DNA of 64,000 bases from a virus, in IMG/VR virus record IMGVR_UViG_3300045988_019695, positions 1-64,000 of that record; one strand, 5' to 3'. Position 1 is the first letter of the stretch, and the number at the start of each line of letters is the position of its first letter. Made by a program: the position numbers and the translations under genes. Below are positions 1-15,000 of this stretch, in pieces. The notes under the pieces were generated by a model. It searched no databases. It was given only the letters and a program-made list of their open reading frames with translations, and had not been told where the DNA came from.

Positions 1-3000
1 TGTCTTCTAAGCCTATTCATAAGAAACATTATGAGTATCCTTGTGTTCTGTACTAACATATTTGGCTAAATCTACAGTTTTATCATACAGATATTTAAAC
101 AATACAGGGGTACGTGCTTCTGTAATCTGAGAAATTTTACCATTAGACAAACCTGTAGATGGTAGATATATTTTTCTATATTTACCTGTATCCCATTCGT
201 CTTTAATAGCCTAAAACTCTGCATCTATAACCTTCTTGAAATCCTCTATATCAGAATCATTCCATCTACCAGCATCTCTTGTTCTACCAGTTGTAGGATC
301 ATACCAATGCTGCGTAGATACAGGCATAGCGTTATCCATACCTCTAATTACAGCCGCTGTTGTATTAGGGAACATCTTACCTAATCCATAAGTTCTAGCG
401 TACTTACTATCGTTGCTTATAAGATTACTACCAGAAGTTCTATTTGTGTTATCTCCGAATACATATAACACATCAGGATTATCATTAACTTCCTATCTGG
501 TCCAGTTTCCTGGATGATACTCAATCTTTCTCTCAGCCTGTTTAGGTAAAGATGGGTTCTCTATATCTCCTGTATAAGGATTAGATACCGGTACACTAGA
601 TATAACAATAGCAGTCTTTCTAGGTCTTGTTAAAGCGGTATAGATAAGCTCTGATTTCTCTTGGTTAGAAGTAGCCGTTGTGCCCATTATATCCTTCTCG
701 TCCACAACTACGATATCGTATGTAGAACCCTAAGATTTATGAGCTGTAATAGCGTAACCAAAATCAACATCAGCATAAAGTCCTTTATATATCCAGAACT
801 ATCTCCAAAGCTCTCTTTTTAGTGGTCCGTTTGCTTGTCTCTTTGCTTTAGCAGCCATTTCCTACAGTATATCCTTGTATTTTGCAATATCATTTCTAGA
901 TACTACTTGTATTGTACAATTCTTTCGTTCTGTTCCATTGTGAACATCATATGCAGAACCATTTGTTTCGATACTTAGTATATGAATTCCATTTTCATCT
1001 TCTTCAATATCTTTTATTCCAGTAATCTGCATCTCTGTAGAATTTTCCATAGTAACATATGGCAATACATCGAATTGTTGATTCAAAATTATAAAATCAC
1101 CTTTTGAATAATCAGAATCCTTACCAAATAAAGTTTCGTGAATCTTCTGGTTTAATTCAGCCTTCTCGTTTACGTGATATGTTACAATCTTTACATGATT
1201 AGTAAGACCTTTATCTACGGCATTCTTTACGGCCTTTATTACTGAATTCAAAACCTCTCCTTCACTGTTGGAGAATAATAAAGATCCCTTATCTGTAATC
1301 TGATTATTTCTAACAATGTGTTGTGTAGGATTAAGTTCTGGATTTTCTTTCTAAGAGTTCTCCCAGAAATAATCAGCATATGGTAATATTGGATTAGCCT
1401 CACCCTATCTAACTCTAGTTATAAGCTTAGACTTGTGTTTACTATTAAATATGTCAGATTTTTTATTTAAAAGATCCTTATGTGTTCTATAGAATTCGCT
1501 TTGTTCATCTCTGATTGGCTGTATCTGACCTATATCTCCCAAGAATAACATCTAGAATGGTCTAGAAAGACTAGAGTTTATATCAATAATCTTTTTGAGA
1601 ACATCTTCTGTTATCATTGACGCCTCATCTATAACAAGCAATGCTGGAGGATTATCCAACAATGGAACTTTTAATCCTACCTGGAATTTAGTTGTCTATG
1701 TACCATTATCATTAATACCCTTCATTCCAAGCAAACCTGCTATACTGAAGAACTTTTTTCCTCTTGTATCTTCTCCAAAACTATTCTTTATTACACCTTT
1801 AGCTTTATGTGATACTGCTGCTACATATATCGACTCATCTTCGAACTCTTTAAGAATTTCTTTAGCTATAGTAGTCTTACCTGTACCAGCTTTACCTTCA
1901 ATAACATAATACTAAGCAGGATCAGTGTTAGTCTTTAAGAATGATACTGCATTTATAATAGCACTTTGCTATTCTTTGTTGTAAGTAATTCCTCCAGACT
2001 TACCTGTTGATCTAACAGTTGTAACATCAGTATTCTTTACAGGAGATTCTGTCTTAGTTTCTTCAGGCTCGAGTTTCTTTGCATCAATATAGAACTTCTA
2101 TTTAACCTCTTCAATAAGCTTTGCGTACTGCGCATCATTCTCTTGATAGCCAATATAGTTCATACCGAATTCGAAGTCACTATTACCAAATTCGAATATA
2201 TCATTTCCCTTAAAGTGTAATCCTCTCTTCTTACATAATGCGTAAATAGGTACTTCAGTTAAACTTGTATTACCAGTATCCTTATCTTTTATTCCGTCAA
2301 ATTTGCTTACACCAACCAATCTATAAAGTGATCTGTTAGAGTTATTGTTATCTTTTGTTGCAAACTCATCTTTTACAGTAATATATCTAGGATACTAACC
2401 ATTATCAAGTCTATTTATAGTTGTAACCCATTCACCTTTTCCATTCTATGTATATCCACATAAAGCGAAAGGCTTCATTAACTACGGGTCGTATATACCA
2501 GAGTCTGTAAAGTTTCTTTGGTTTTTACGTATATAATCATACTATGGAACAAAGTCTGTATCATTCCAATTATTCCTAAGTATATCGTCTATAATAGCGT
2601 TTCTAACATCGCTTTCAAGTTTTGTATTAAACTTATTTAACCAAAACTCTACATGTCCAACAAATCCACTCTTAATCTTCCATGAGTTAGGAACATATTT
2701 AAAGAATCTGTTGAAACCTGATTTCTCGCCAGATGTTAACCACGCATAAACTACAAGGTCTCTAGCAAAGTCCTTTAACTTCTAATCATCTGGATAATCA
2801 AGCAACTCTTCCCATGCATCAGTTAAATCATCTTGATTAAATGATGATTCTGATATACTGTGGAACGTACTAACAAACTTAGGTGCAGGATAAATCTGTC
2901 CATTATTACCAATAGTAGTTTCGTCTTTTACTTGATCAGATTCAACCAAAGATGTAAGCAGTTTATTGTTTCTTAAGTAGAACAACTTGTCATCAGGATT

Positions 3001-6000
3001 ATTAATCCTACGCTTTATGTTAGCAAGTCTGTCTGCTATCGTATTATTGCCAAAGAACAATCTGTTAACATCTATATTATTGGTTTGTGCGTAAGACCTA
3101 ATGAAGAGCGACTTAATACATTGTGAGATGTTTCTATCAAGTTTATTCGCTATATCTTCTGTCTATGAATAATTGTTCATAAACTGACCAAGCTATCCAA
3201 CTAATGAAGTGTAAGATGTAGTAGCCTCAAATACCTGTCCTGCAAGAATACTCTTCATAGCCTTCATGAATGAATTAGTCTTTTTATCAATCCAAGAGTG
3301 CGTCATCATCTTCATAACGCCTTCTGGTTCAAAAGATGTATTACCATTCTAAATATCTTTTAAGAACTGGTCATATTTATCTTTGTACAATAACTATTTA
3401 GCAAGCGTGTTACCCTATTTCTTTGTATCAATCTTAGTAAGCTATACAAGTTTTGAAATATCGTTTACAAATGGCTGTAATATATTCCACGCCTTATATA
3501 CCTATATCTAAGCCTTACAGAAGTCTGGATCCTTTAGCATATCTTCCTTGCTCGTATACTTAAGAGCATAATTCTTTAGATATTTATCACTCTTAAACAT
3601 ACTGTTTATTATATCAATTCTTCTCTAGTCGTGATCGACTGTATCAGTATTAGCAGAACTAATATCTGAGTTGATATAATTAATTTCTCTACGTATATCA
3701 GAGTTATTATAAAGTTCAGAATCGTTATTAACAGTAATACCTAAATACCCTGCTATATACTGTCTTAAAGCTTTCTCTGTAGCATCTTTCTAAGCTCTAT
3801 ATTTGCTCTTCGTTAAATCTCTACCATAGTGTCCACTAGCAGCTTCTGCAGCAAATGCCATATCCTTGATAATAGGCTGTGTGATAAACCAAACTGAATT
3901 GTCAGCCTAACCTGTTCTAACAAGGAAATTAAGCATATTGTATGTAAAGCTATTTACATTTATCTTTGATACATATGGATCCTTTACGATATCACAGTGA
4001 GCATTAATAAATGCAGACAACCAAGACATAACAGCATTGCCATTCTTGTCATCACGTAAGTCTATACGCTTAAATGGAGTCTGCTTAGTAAATTCTGATT
4101 CCTTTAATTTGACTCCATAAACCATAGTAAGAGCCTAGTTTGTTACATTAAGAGCAAATGGTGCAATACCAAGTTTACCTGTAATATAATCTCTACGTCT
4201 ATCAGTCTATTCATGGAGTGTATAGAAGTTATATGGCAATGTTTTTGTTGAGCCTGCACTTTCGAATTGATTAGCTATACTTTCTACAAGTTCTGTATCA
4301 TTATCAATAGACCTCATAGCTATCTATATAGAGTTTTCATTATCCTTGAGAAGTGTCATATAGTTTTCAAGAAGCTTGTTCTAATGATACTGTTTTGTAT
4401 CTTTATCAAACTCTATGCTAGCTTTATTGCCTTTTACATTATATGCTAAAGATGCTAAATACAACTTATCGATATCAAAATCTGAACCTGTTACTTTAGT
4501 AAACTCTCTAGGAAGAATTATAGTATCCTTTACAACAGGAAGTACATCTACAAATCGTAAAGCATGTATAGATGATTGAGCCTGCGTAGGAATACGGTAA
4601 CCGATAGTATTTGCTTTTACATCACTTCTATTACCAATAATCTTATTATCAAACAACCATTTTCTAGCCTAATCAAAAGACATACCTTTTGGTATTATAT
4701 GCTCAAAATAGTCTATAGATATAACAGCGTCCATACTGCCATCATTGTTTACGAACTGTAACTATTTACCCTCGTTTAGAGTCTGCCAGTTAATAAGTTT
4801 TTTAGCAGCAGCTGGTAATTTGTCGTACTCATCATCAGAAATTATATTACCCTCCATAGCGAATACAGATCTCTGATAGAATGCGTTTCCTGGAGTCTTA
4901 ACATCTATAATTCTCTTATTAAGAGCAGATGTAAGAATACTCTCTATCCAGTGCGGATCAGACTGGGCGGCAAGTGGCACATTTAAGTGTTTACTACCAT
5001 CAGCATCGTCAACCTTAATTGTAATGGCATCAATTGTATTCTTGTTAGCATTTCTTGATGTAAGCTCATCATTTAAAAACTTAGCGAACTTTTGGATATC
5101 AAGCTCGTCATTAGTAAAGAATAAGTCATCTACTTCTTTGACACCAATATCTGAAAGCTATTTTATAGAATCCATGATATTATCAAGAATCTAAGATCCA
5201 GAAATAGCATCTCCTGTAAGAGAATCTGTATAATTAGTTCTATCCAATATCAAACTAGCAAGTGCTACCTTAGCCGGCTGTGTACCAAGATTCATCTCAG
5301 TTTTACCATTAGGGTCAGTATTAAGCTGCTTTCTAAGGTATCTGAGATCCTGCTTAAATGTAACAAATGGCTCTTCTATTCCTTTTCCCTATTTAAATTC
5401 AGAGTTATGTTTATTACCAACCTTTACGGCAGAATCAAACAAAAGCATATCTACGCCTTCGTTTATCATCTTATTGTACACCTTTCCCATATCTCCCATA
5501 GCGATAGACGGGAATATAGGGAATAACGCCATCTTATTATAATAAGGAATAAGAAGACTTCCAAGCTGGTCATCGTTTCTATGTCCGAATGCACTGTACT
5601 TCTGAGCGCCAACAACAAACTCCTAAAGTTCAGTAAAGGCATCAGCTTTCTGTCTGAATGTATACTACTTATCTGGATCCCTAAGCATAGCAAACAGCTA
5701 TTTAGTTTTATTGTTATACAGTCCAAGAGATCTCAAAAGCTTTTCGCACATTCTATCTGTAATAAACGCAGAACCATCTGCTACGTTTATACCTTTTTCT
5801 GCATAAGCTTTATATTCTGCTTGATACTTCTTAGTTACTCTTGCCTTATCGCTTTCATCAAGATACTTATCTCTAAATTCTTCGAAATCTTTCTGTGTCT
5901 TATGCTCTGCATATGCTATTTCTGCCGCCTCTTTTTTACTCTTACCACTACGTACGAGTTTATTATATACGGCTTCTTTTGTATTAGCCTATACAAACAT

Positions 6001-9000
6001 CTTTTCAACGCTATTCTAGTAAGCATCGTCAATGTTGCCATCGTGCATCTTATCAGCTTCAGAAGATACCATGAAATCATCAACCTGTGCACATGTGTAC
6101 TATGATTCAGAATCATCCTGGAAGTCTGTTCTAGGGTTAGCTCCAGTAGAAATAAGTCCACCAAGACGCTTTAACTGGTCAGTCTGTCTATCTTCTAGCT
6201 CATTCTCGCTATACTTCCATTTGTAGAATGCAGGGTGACCACCGAACAATTTCTCTACCTCCTGTACAGAAATAATAGATCTTGTAGAAATATCTGACAT
6301 CATTGCTACAACTGCTGCAGCATTCATCTATTCAAGAGTTGTAATACCTTCTGTTCCAGCAAGAGACTGCCTAATTGAATTGAACTCATTCCAGCTAAGT
6401 CCAACATTCTGTAAAGAGTAATAGTTGTTTATATCACCTTTAACAAGTCCAAGTTTTATAGCCTTTTTAAGCTCCTCTTTAAACTAGATATCAAGAACTC
6501 TAGCCATTATATCTCTCTATTGTTCTCTACTCTTGTTAAAGAATTGCTCGTCAGCTAATTTCAAGCAGTCTATACTACTCTTTTTAGGATCATTAAACTT
6601 TATTCTTTTTCCATTATCATCAAGTATAGATGTAAGCGATGAGAATCTTGTGCCATTAGGCTCTACACTAACAGTTTCGCCTTTACTGTTTTTATACTTA
6701 TTAGGAGTATGATAATTCTTTATCTTTACAGTATCATCTATAGCTGTATCGCCTTCAAAGTATCCAAGCTAATGCATACATTCAAGTATAGCTGCTTTTT
6801 CATCCTTAGCGTAGTCTATAAATATATCCAAAACCTAATCAGATGGTCTTACTATAGTCTTACCAGTTGTATCTGTAACTATTCTAGGAAGTGCGCCAAG
6901 AAGCTCGCTTCTAATAGCTGCCTTCTATTCGTTATCAGAACTAGACATAAGCTTATTTATCAGCCTATAATCTATACCAGGAATCAAAAATCCATTAATA
7001 GCTTGATCTGAAGCCTGTAAATACATATATGTCTTCTTATCAGACATTGTAGGAAAGATCAATCCGCCACTAATAAGCATTGTAACCTTAGACATGTAGT
7101 CTTCTACTTTTGAAACCTAATTGTAATCAGAACCGTAATCATCATTCTGGTCAGTCTTAAATCCGGCATAATTATTCATAAGAATTTTAGCCATCTTATT
7201 GCCATCGTTCTGAGCTATTCTTCTAAGAACAATTGAATGCTTGTTGTAGCAGAAGTTCTATATTCTCTACTTGGCTTCATTATTAGGATTTTCGTCCTAT
7301 ATATCAGCAAGTATATCTGATACTGTATTATTTTCTCCCTAAGTATATGCCTTGTTATTATTGGTTAAGAGGTTCATCATTTCATTCTTAACTTTATTAT
7401 TCATAGACTAATACTTAGCAAGCTCGTTTACGAAAGAATCTTTGTTATACAGTGTATCGAGATCTACATTAATCTAACCAGCGTTTCCTATAACAGAATC
7501 AAGAAGATTTAAGAATTTACTTAAGCTTACAAGAGTTGTTTCATTAAGCATCTATCTAAATGAATCAGCGCTAAACTCACCATACTTGTTAATAAGCATA
7601 TAATTAATAGTATCGCTATCAATCTATATACCTATCTTATTAAGTGTTATGGTAATCTTATCTATAACCTCTGATAACTAAACAGGGCTTGTAATATCGT
7701 ATGTGTTATTACCTATCTTTATTTCATTACCAGCGTTAGCCTATGTCCATATATCTTTAATCCAGTTTGATGTACGCTTAAATATATCGTTTCCTGGAGC
7801 GTTGTAAACAACACCTCTTCTATCTCTGTTGAATAATATTCTACCATTCTGATCTCTTACTGTAGATACAACACCAGTAACACCATTAGCTAATCTCTTA
7901 GACCAGTCCTGTGAGAATTTAAGTGTATCTCTATCGACAGATAAGTTAGACATTCTTACACTAACATGACCATCTTTATCAGTAGACGATCTTGTCATCA
8001 TAAAGTTGTACTTCTAACCAACCAATGCCTGGAATACTTGTGTTACAACAACCTCTGCATTATAGTTGATTCCTTCTCCGGTTGTCTTATTGTAATCTAT
8101 ATATTGAGCCTAGAAATACTCATTAAACGTAGAATAGATATAGAAGAACATAGGATCTTGTGAAGCAAGTCTAGCTAATTCATCATGGAGCTCTTGAACA
8201 GTCTTTACATTATGGAGCTATTCGAACATCTTACTAAACACTTCAGTCTGAGGCATAAATCTAGGATCACCAAATAAGCTGTGTGATGTATCAAGCTCAA
8301 TTCCTTCTTTATGATTATTAGCGTTAGCCCACTTAACATATGGTACAGTTCCAAAGAAGAATTTAGCTTTTTGTGATACGCTTTGGAGTTTACTCATTTC
8401 GTAAGACTCCTTGCCAACATAATCCATATAAGCTCCAGCTGAACCAGCTTCAAGCTGTTCCTGCATATCTTCGTCATTAGTATTTCTAACAACACCTTCT
8501 TTGCTTATGTTAGCAATCTTAGCATAAACTCTATCAGCTATAACTGCAAAATTAGGATAATACTATTCCTTTCCTATAGCTACTCCATTTTTATCAGTTA
8601 TATACTTCTCTTTGCCTTGCTTAAATATTTCCTGGAATGCTTTAGCCTAAGCTTCTGGTACTGGAACTTCTGGATCTTCACCCATAAGCTATTTCATCAT
8701 ATCTACACCGATAAGCTTTTTAATATTTGTACCAGTAATTGTAAGCTGATCTATATTATCTCCAACAGCGTTAACCCTTCCCTCTTCTAGAGCCTTCTCT
8801 ACTATATAGAAAGCTATAGTTTCAACGCAATCATTGAGCTGCTCGTTGTTTAAGATATTTTCAAAGCTATGTTTCATGCCAGTCTTCTGATTGTAAACAT
8901 CATAATGAAGAGAATCACCAAACTTAGCTTTAAAACGTTCAAGATTTTCTTTACGTATCTTGCTTCCAGCTTTTGTTTTATACCATCCAGTAGCCATTAC

Positions 9001-12000
9001 TGCTGACAAAAGTGTAAGTCTAATACTTCCAAGATCTCTGGCAAATTGTACACCGGCTTTAATCTTCTAGAAAAGAGCTACTACTTTATTGTTTGAGAAT
9101 TCGTTGTCGTCATAGTTATTTTGAGCGTCCATATACAAATTTGCTAATCCTTCTGCGATCTCTGTATCAGATATCTTGTCATTACCTTCTCTATTCTTAT
9201 ACCAATTGTATATCTTTTCTCTTTCAGAAGGCCTCAACAACAACTCTAATACTCTATGGAATGCTTCGTGATACTATACACCGTCTACAACTCTATTGCC
9301 AATATAAACCATATCTGACATACATTTTCCGGCAACAGCCATATCTGCAGGTATATCATCATTTAACTATTTACCTATATCATAGTTACCTTCACCTATA
9401 ACGCGCTTTAAATACGCATCCATTCGCTCTCTATCGCCATCTGTTATATCTCTAAGCTTATTAGGCTGAACCTCTAATTTGAGTCCTCTAGATCGCTTTA
9501 AAAGATCTTTTAGAGAGTTTAGTCTAGGCATTGAGATTGAATCTTCTTTTTGCTGTTCGGTTAGTATATCGTCTATACGATCATCTTGTTTTGTATTAGG
9601 AACCAAGTATGGGCCTCTAAAATAAGTAGCAGTATAGTTCTAGCCGATAACAGATGTCTAGGTATACTGATGGCGCATAAGATAGCCGGCATACGTACTC
9701 TTTCTTCTTTCATTACCATCCTAGTCAAAGAAGTCGTCTCTACTAAACTCTAAGCCGTTTGGAGCAACAAATGTATTAGCGTTAGGATTATCTTCAAAGT
9801 AATGCTTTACATTGTTTATAACAGAGTTGTTCGTAAAGTTTAGCTATTGACTAAGCATAGTCTTTTCGAAGGCAACACCGACAGATCTCAAATCAGTTCT
9901 AAGTCTTTCTAAATCATGCTCGCTTGTAAGATCATATGATTCTCCTGTTCCATCTACATGCTTATTATTATCATCATATTGAGGTAATCCTATAATAATC
10001 TATTTGTTTGAAGAGAATGTTATTGTTCTAGTCTGATTTGTTCTGTAGTTAGGCTAATTATTTTCATTAACATGCACAAGCATCTTAATAAGATCATATG
10101 TATTGTATCCGTTATAATTAACCTATCCCTAAGCATAAGCTCTTAATAAGTCTACAAGAGAATCAGCTTGGTTCTAAGACAGCTTAGACTGATACAGTAT
10201 AACTGGAATTGTAGTCTAATTACCTTTCTTCTCATCGAAGTTTGTATGCCATAAATAGACTGTAGAACCTACAGACGTATTCTATGTTCCAACCCTGGCA
10301 CTATTTAAAGTATGTATAGGACTATTTAAGCCATCAAGACTCATTACGTTCATATTACCTTTCTTGTCCTATTTTACTATACCAATCTATTTGCTCTTAA
10401 GGTCAATAGAATACGTATCATCAAGACTCATTATGTTGCCAACAACAGAATGCAAACCTTCTACTGTTGGAGAATTTTCATTATAACCAACAAATGCAGG
10501 ATCGTAAATAAGCGATCCATTTGTTCTTGTAGGTATGACTCTTAACGAGTAGTTCTTATGTTTCTAACAGAACTTCCACAAATCGACGAGATGCTGCTGG
10601 TACCCCATTCTACTTTCGTCACCACCTTCATATATGTGCAATTCTATAGACTGCCCTTTATATGTAATCCTTAAGTAAGGTCTATTACTATACTCTGTAG
10701 CGTTTTTGAATATAATCTCAAACTTACCATTGGTAATAAAGTCTGGCTGATTACTCCACTCAACATAGGTTTTATTCTCCTACATGGCTTTTACTCCAGG
10801 TCTATGCAATGTTGTTCCAACACCTTGACCAGAGATGTAGTTATTACCACCTGATTCGTACCACAAGAACTCCTATTTATTAAGCTCTTCTGCTTCTCTA
10901 ATTATTGAAGCATCTGTATCCATGTATGAATCATCAAGCTACTTTCCATACTTATTAGCAAAGCCAGATATAAGCAATCTACCTCTATTAATATTGTCCT
11001 AAAGGACATTGTTCATAGGGTTATCTGGATTCTGTTCAATATAATCTTGAGCATTATTAAGCAACGTTCCGAAGTAGTTCTTAAGTAATCTCCAGTACCA
11101 ATCAGATTCAACTTCACCAAGATTCTGCTGGAATCTATTTCCATATAATCTTATGTAATCAGTTATCTTCTTATTATAATCAAGTGTAAGATTATCGCTT
11201 CCATTTGTTATAGTGTTTCTACTATCTCTTGGAAGTATTACATTGTCTTTTGCATACTTAGTAAACCACCAATCAAGTATCTCTTCGCTAGCGTCTCCCC
11301 ATATAGATTTATTGTTATTAAACTTCATAATAACATTATCTATGAGGTCTCTCTCCTAAGATACATTTACAGCCTAAGCTTCATTATCCTATAATAGATT
11401 ATCAAGAGCTATTTCTGCTCTCATTAACTGTATAGATAAATCGTTTATAGCATCTCTTTCTGGCTGTGTAGTAGGCTTTACATCAGCTATTGTACTTGCT
11501 ATTGCATCAAGTGTGTTACAAGCATCTTCAAGCTCAAGAACTAACTAAGCTACAGTCTTTGGAAGATCATTGTAATCTGTTACTAATGGATCTTGTGGAA
11601 TATCCTTCTAATTATTCAGATTGTTTAACTAATCAGTAAGATCACTATATACCTAATTTGTGTTCTGTATTATGTTACCAAGCTGTTTTATAGCACCTTT
11701 TAACTAATCTTCAGTTGTAAATTTGTCTATATCCAATATATACTGTGATATACTCGTCTTATCAAATGGAGTTAATGATTGATCTGCAATCTTCTGTATA
11801 GCTGATTCAATATTATCTATATTTGACAGATTTTGCTTTACATGCTGTACTAACTTATCTACGTTTTGTTTAAGCTATTCTACTTTGTCTGACTAATCGT
11901 TTTTAAGATAATCCTAAACGCTACCAACATTAAGAACTGCCTCTTCTGAATCAAGATTTTCTACAATTGTTCCAGCTTGTTCTTTAGATTTACTAAGATA

Positions 12001-15000
12001 TACATATGATAGCATTCCGCTTAAATCTGGAATATCCATAGCATCTAATGGCATGTCTTTAATGTCGTCAAGGAACGTTTTGAAAGAATAATATCCCTAC
12101 TGCGTACCATAAGCAACAAGTTTTGCAAGAGTTGATAAAAACTTAGGACTTATACCAGAATAAGCTTCTCCAGATCTAGCCCATTCCTTGATAGCAGCTT
12201 TCATCTTAGACTTAAGAAGTCGTTTCTTAGCCTCTATTTTAGCTCTTCTTTCATTTCTTTCTTTCCTTTGTTCAGAAAGATTATTAAGCCTTTCAAAAGA
12301 ATCTGTTAATTCGTCTTCAGGTTTAGATTGTTCTACAATTGCTCTATTAGGCTCTAATCCTGCATTAAGAAGCTAATCATTGATATAATCTTCGATTATT
12401 CTAGCATTATTTTCATTTCTGGTAATAATATTCTTATATCTCTTAGAAGACTATAACCATCTATTTATTTTATTATAGCTCTTTCCTCTAAGGATCATAT
12501 CGTCAATCTTGCTCTTGAGTTTTCCTACAGAACCAAGTTTGTCTTCTTTTATCTTAAGTTCAAGATCATCGTGAACATAAGGTCTATCAGTATTCTCAAA
12601 AGTATTATTTTCTACAGAATAATTGTTTTCTGGAGTATATACTTTATTTTCCTACTTTGTAAGTGATTCTACATGAGACTACGTGTCCTTGTGCTCTGTA
12701 TTTATTTCTCCGGTAGACGTATTATCCTGGTTCCATTTTTGTCCATAAGGATCATTAATAGCGTCTGCCAAAGCCCAATCTATTGCCTTATTTCGCTCTG
12801 TGGTAGCCATAACGTCGTCTATAAACTTACTGAATTTGGTATTACCATTTCCTTCGGCTTTTAAACCATCAGAGAACATCTTCTATCTATCCTCTATAAG
12901 CTTTGCATCTGCATTAAGAAGAGCTCTTACTCTGGTGTTCTCTTCTATATCATCAGAGAACTATTCAAGAGCTCCCATTGCATCAAGCTTATCCATTACT
13001 TGCGCATCATTAAGACCATCAAGATTAATACCAGACAGCTCAGATAATCTCTAAGAGATAATCTTTATATCGCTATCTATAGACTTGTGTATTTTAGCTG
13101 CATCTTCTCTTATGGTATGCAATCCAAACTTATCTCTAAGCATATTGAAGAATCCATCAGAAGTCTTGCAATCGGATCTAAGCTTAAGCAAACCTCTAAG
13201 CTATCCTACAAGTATAGTTCTTTGACGAAGATCCTCAACATTACTTATTCCGGTAGGGCCTGTCATTCTATTGAGTTTGTCCTATTCAGACTGTGCAGAT
13301 ATCAAATCTATCTCCTAGCCTAATTCCTCAAGAGACTAAGCATTCTGCTCAGCTTCTTTTCTAGCTTTATCAGCTCTCTGCTAAGCAAGGCTTTCTATAG
13401 ATGATCCGCTCTATCTTCTTCTTAATTCCTCATCAATAGCTTGATTAAACTGTACAGAATGTATAATCTAATTATATTCATCTATAGCCTTCTGTCTTTG
13501 ATCTCTGTTCTCATCAGAATTCTAACCAGTCTAATATACAGATGCTACAGCTGCAGCATATTTATCTGTGCCATATTGTATGCCATGCTTCTCCATTATA
13601 GCCTTAGTAGTAGGGCTTAATGTCATTCTCATTATATCCTATGCAGCTTTTATTGAGGAATCCCATTCATCGCTTGAATAAGTATGTTCCTTTCTTCTAG
13701 CGTCCTCCTGTTTAAGCTATTGCATAGTATTTAAGATCTATTCCATATTAGATCTACCTTTCATGGCTTCTTTTGCAAATAACTGTCCCTAAGCTCGTTC
13801 GTTTTGCATCATTACACGATTAGTAATACCAGCATTAAGTATTGCCTAATCTGCAGATATTTGACGTACAAGTCCAGGTATTTCTGATACAGCTCTCATA
13901 GCAACTGTATGTCCTCCTCCAAGAGCAAAGCCTCCTTTATAGTTCTACCAGAACTCTTCGTTGTCAAGAAGATCACTATCTCCTATTCCTAACTCAGCCA
14001 ATATTGCTGCCTATGTTCTAGATCCTGCGCTATATTCATTCGCAAATAAACTACCAAGACTAGGAAGCTCTCCAAGGCCCATCTGCTGCCTTTTAGCCTG
14101 CTCTGCATTAACATACTGTCTTGCCTCTTCTGCTGCCTCAGAGGCTGAAGAAATAGCCCAAACCTTACCCATTTTCAAGCCGTATGCAGAAAGCCTTCTT
14201 GCTGTCAATGGCATCTTATCCAGGATGTCTTGATAGTACTATCCTGCTCTATGTGTAGCTAATCTAATAAATGCCTGACCTCTTGTAGGAAGCGCTTTTT
14301 TAGCCTGATCTAATATAGCTTTTCCAAAACCTGTCATTGTACCATATACGTACCGACCTGTCATTCCGTGTCCTAAAACTGTAGCTGTTTCCTATCCTAA
14401 TCCGAATCCGCTTCTAAAGCTATCGTTAAATTCTTTTCTAAGAGTAGCATATCTGCTTCCGTTAACAGCATCTTTTGCAGTTTCTGCATAAGCATTTGTT
14501 GCTGCTCCTTCAACCGAGTGTTCTATTGTACCAGTAGCAGAATTAGCTGCACGTTTAATAGTTTTATTTGCAATCCAATTTATGGTTCCTTTTCCTGCCT
14601 TGTATAATTCTCTTCCGAAGATTCCAACCTGCAAACCCTTCTGTACCATGAGGTCTGATCCTGTTGTTATATTATCTTTTTGGAATAACGCATTACTTCC
14701 AGCAAGTGCCCTAAGTTCGGCTTTTCTGTACTCTGGATGATTTGATGTTATTATACCAGCCAATGCACTACGAAGTATTTCGTCGTCACTTTCTGTATCA
14801 GGATTCATATTAAGTCTAGGGTATACTTGCTTAGCCTTTTCTCTTAAGTCTTTTATTATATTCTAGTATTGCTCTTTGCCTCCAGCCATTAAATTTGACT
14901 TAAGCTTATCTACATTAGCATCACTAACTTCACCTCTGTTCTCAAACTTCGTATTTTCTATATCGAGACCAGTAGCAGTAGTGGCAACCTGTGATCCAAC

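Noticed and set aside
5581-6105. 174-aa plus-strand ORF
   Set aside because: Antisense to the giant ORF. All long plus-strand ORFs here lie opposite confident minus-strand coding sequence and lack recognisable domains.
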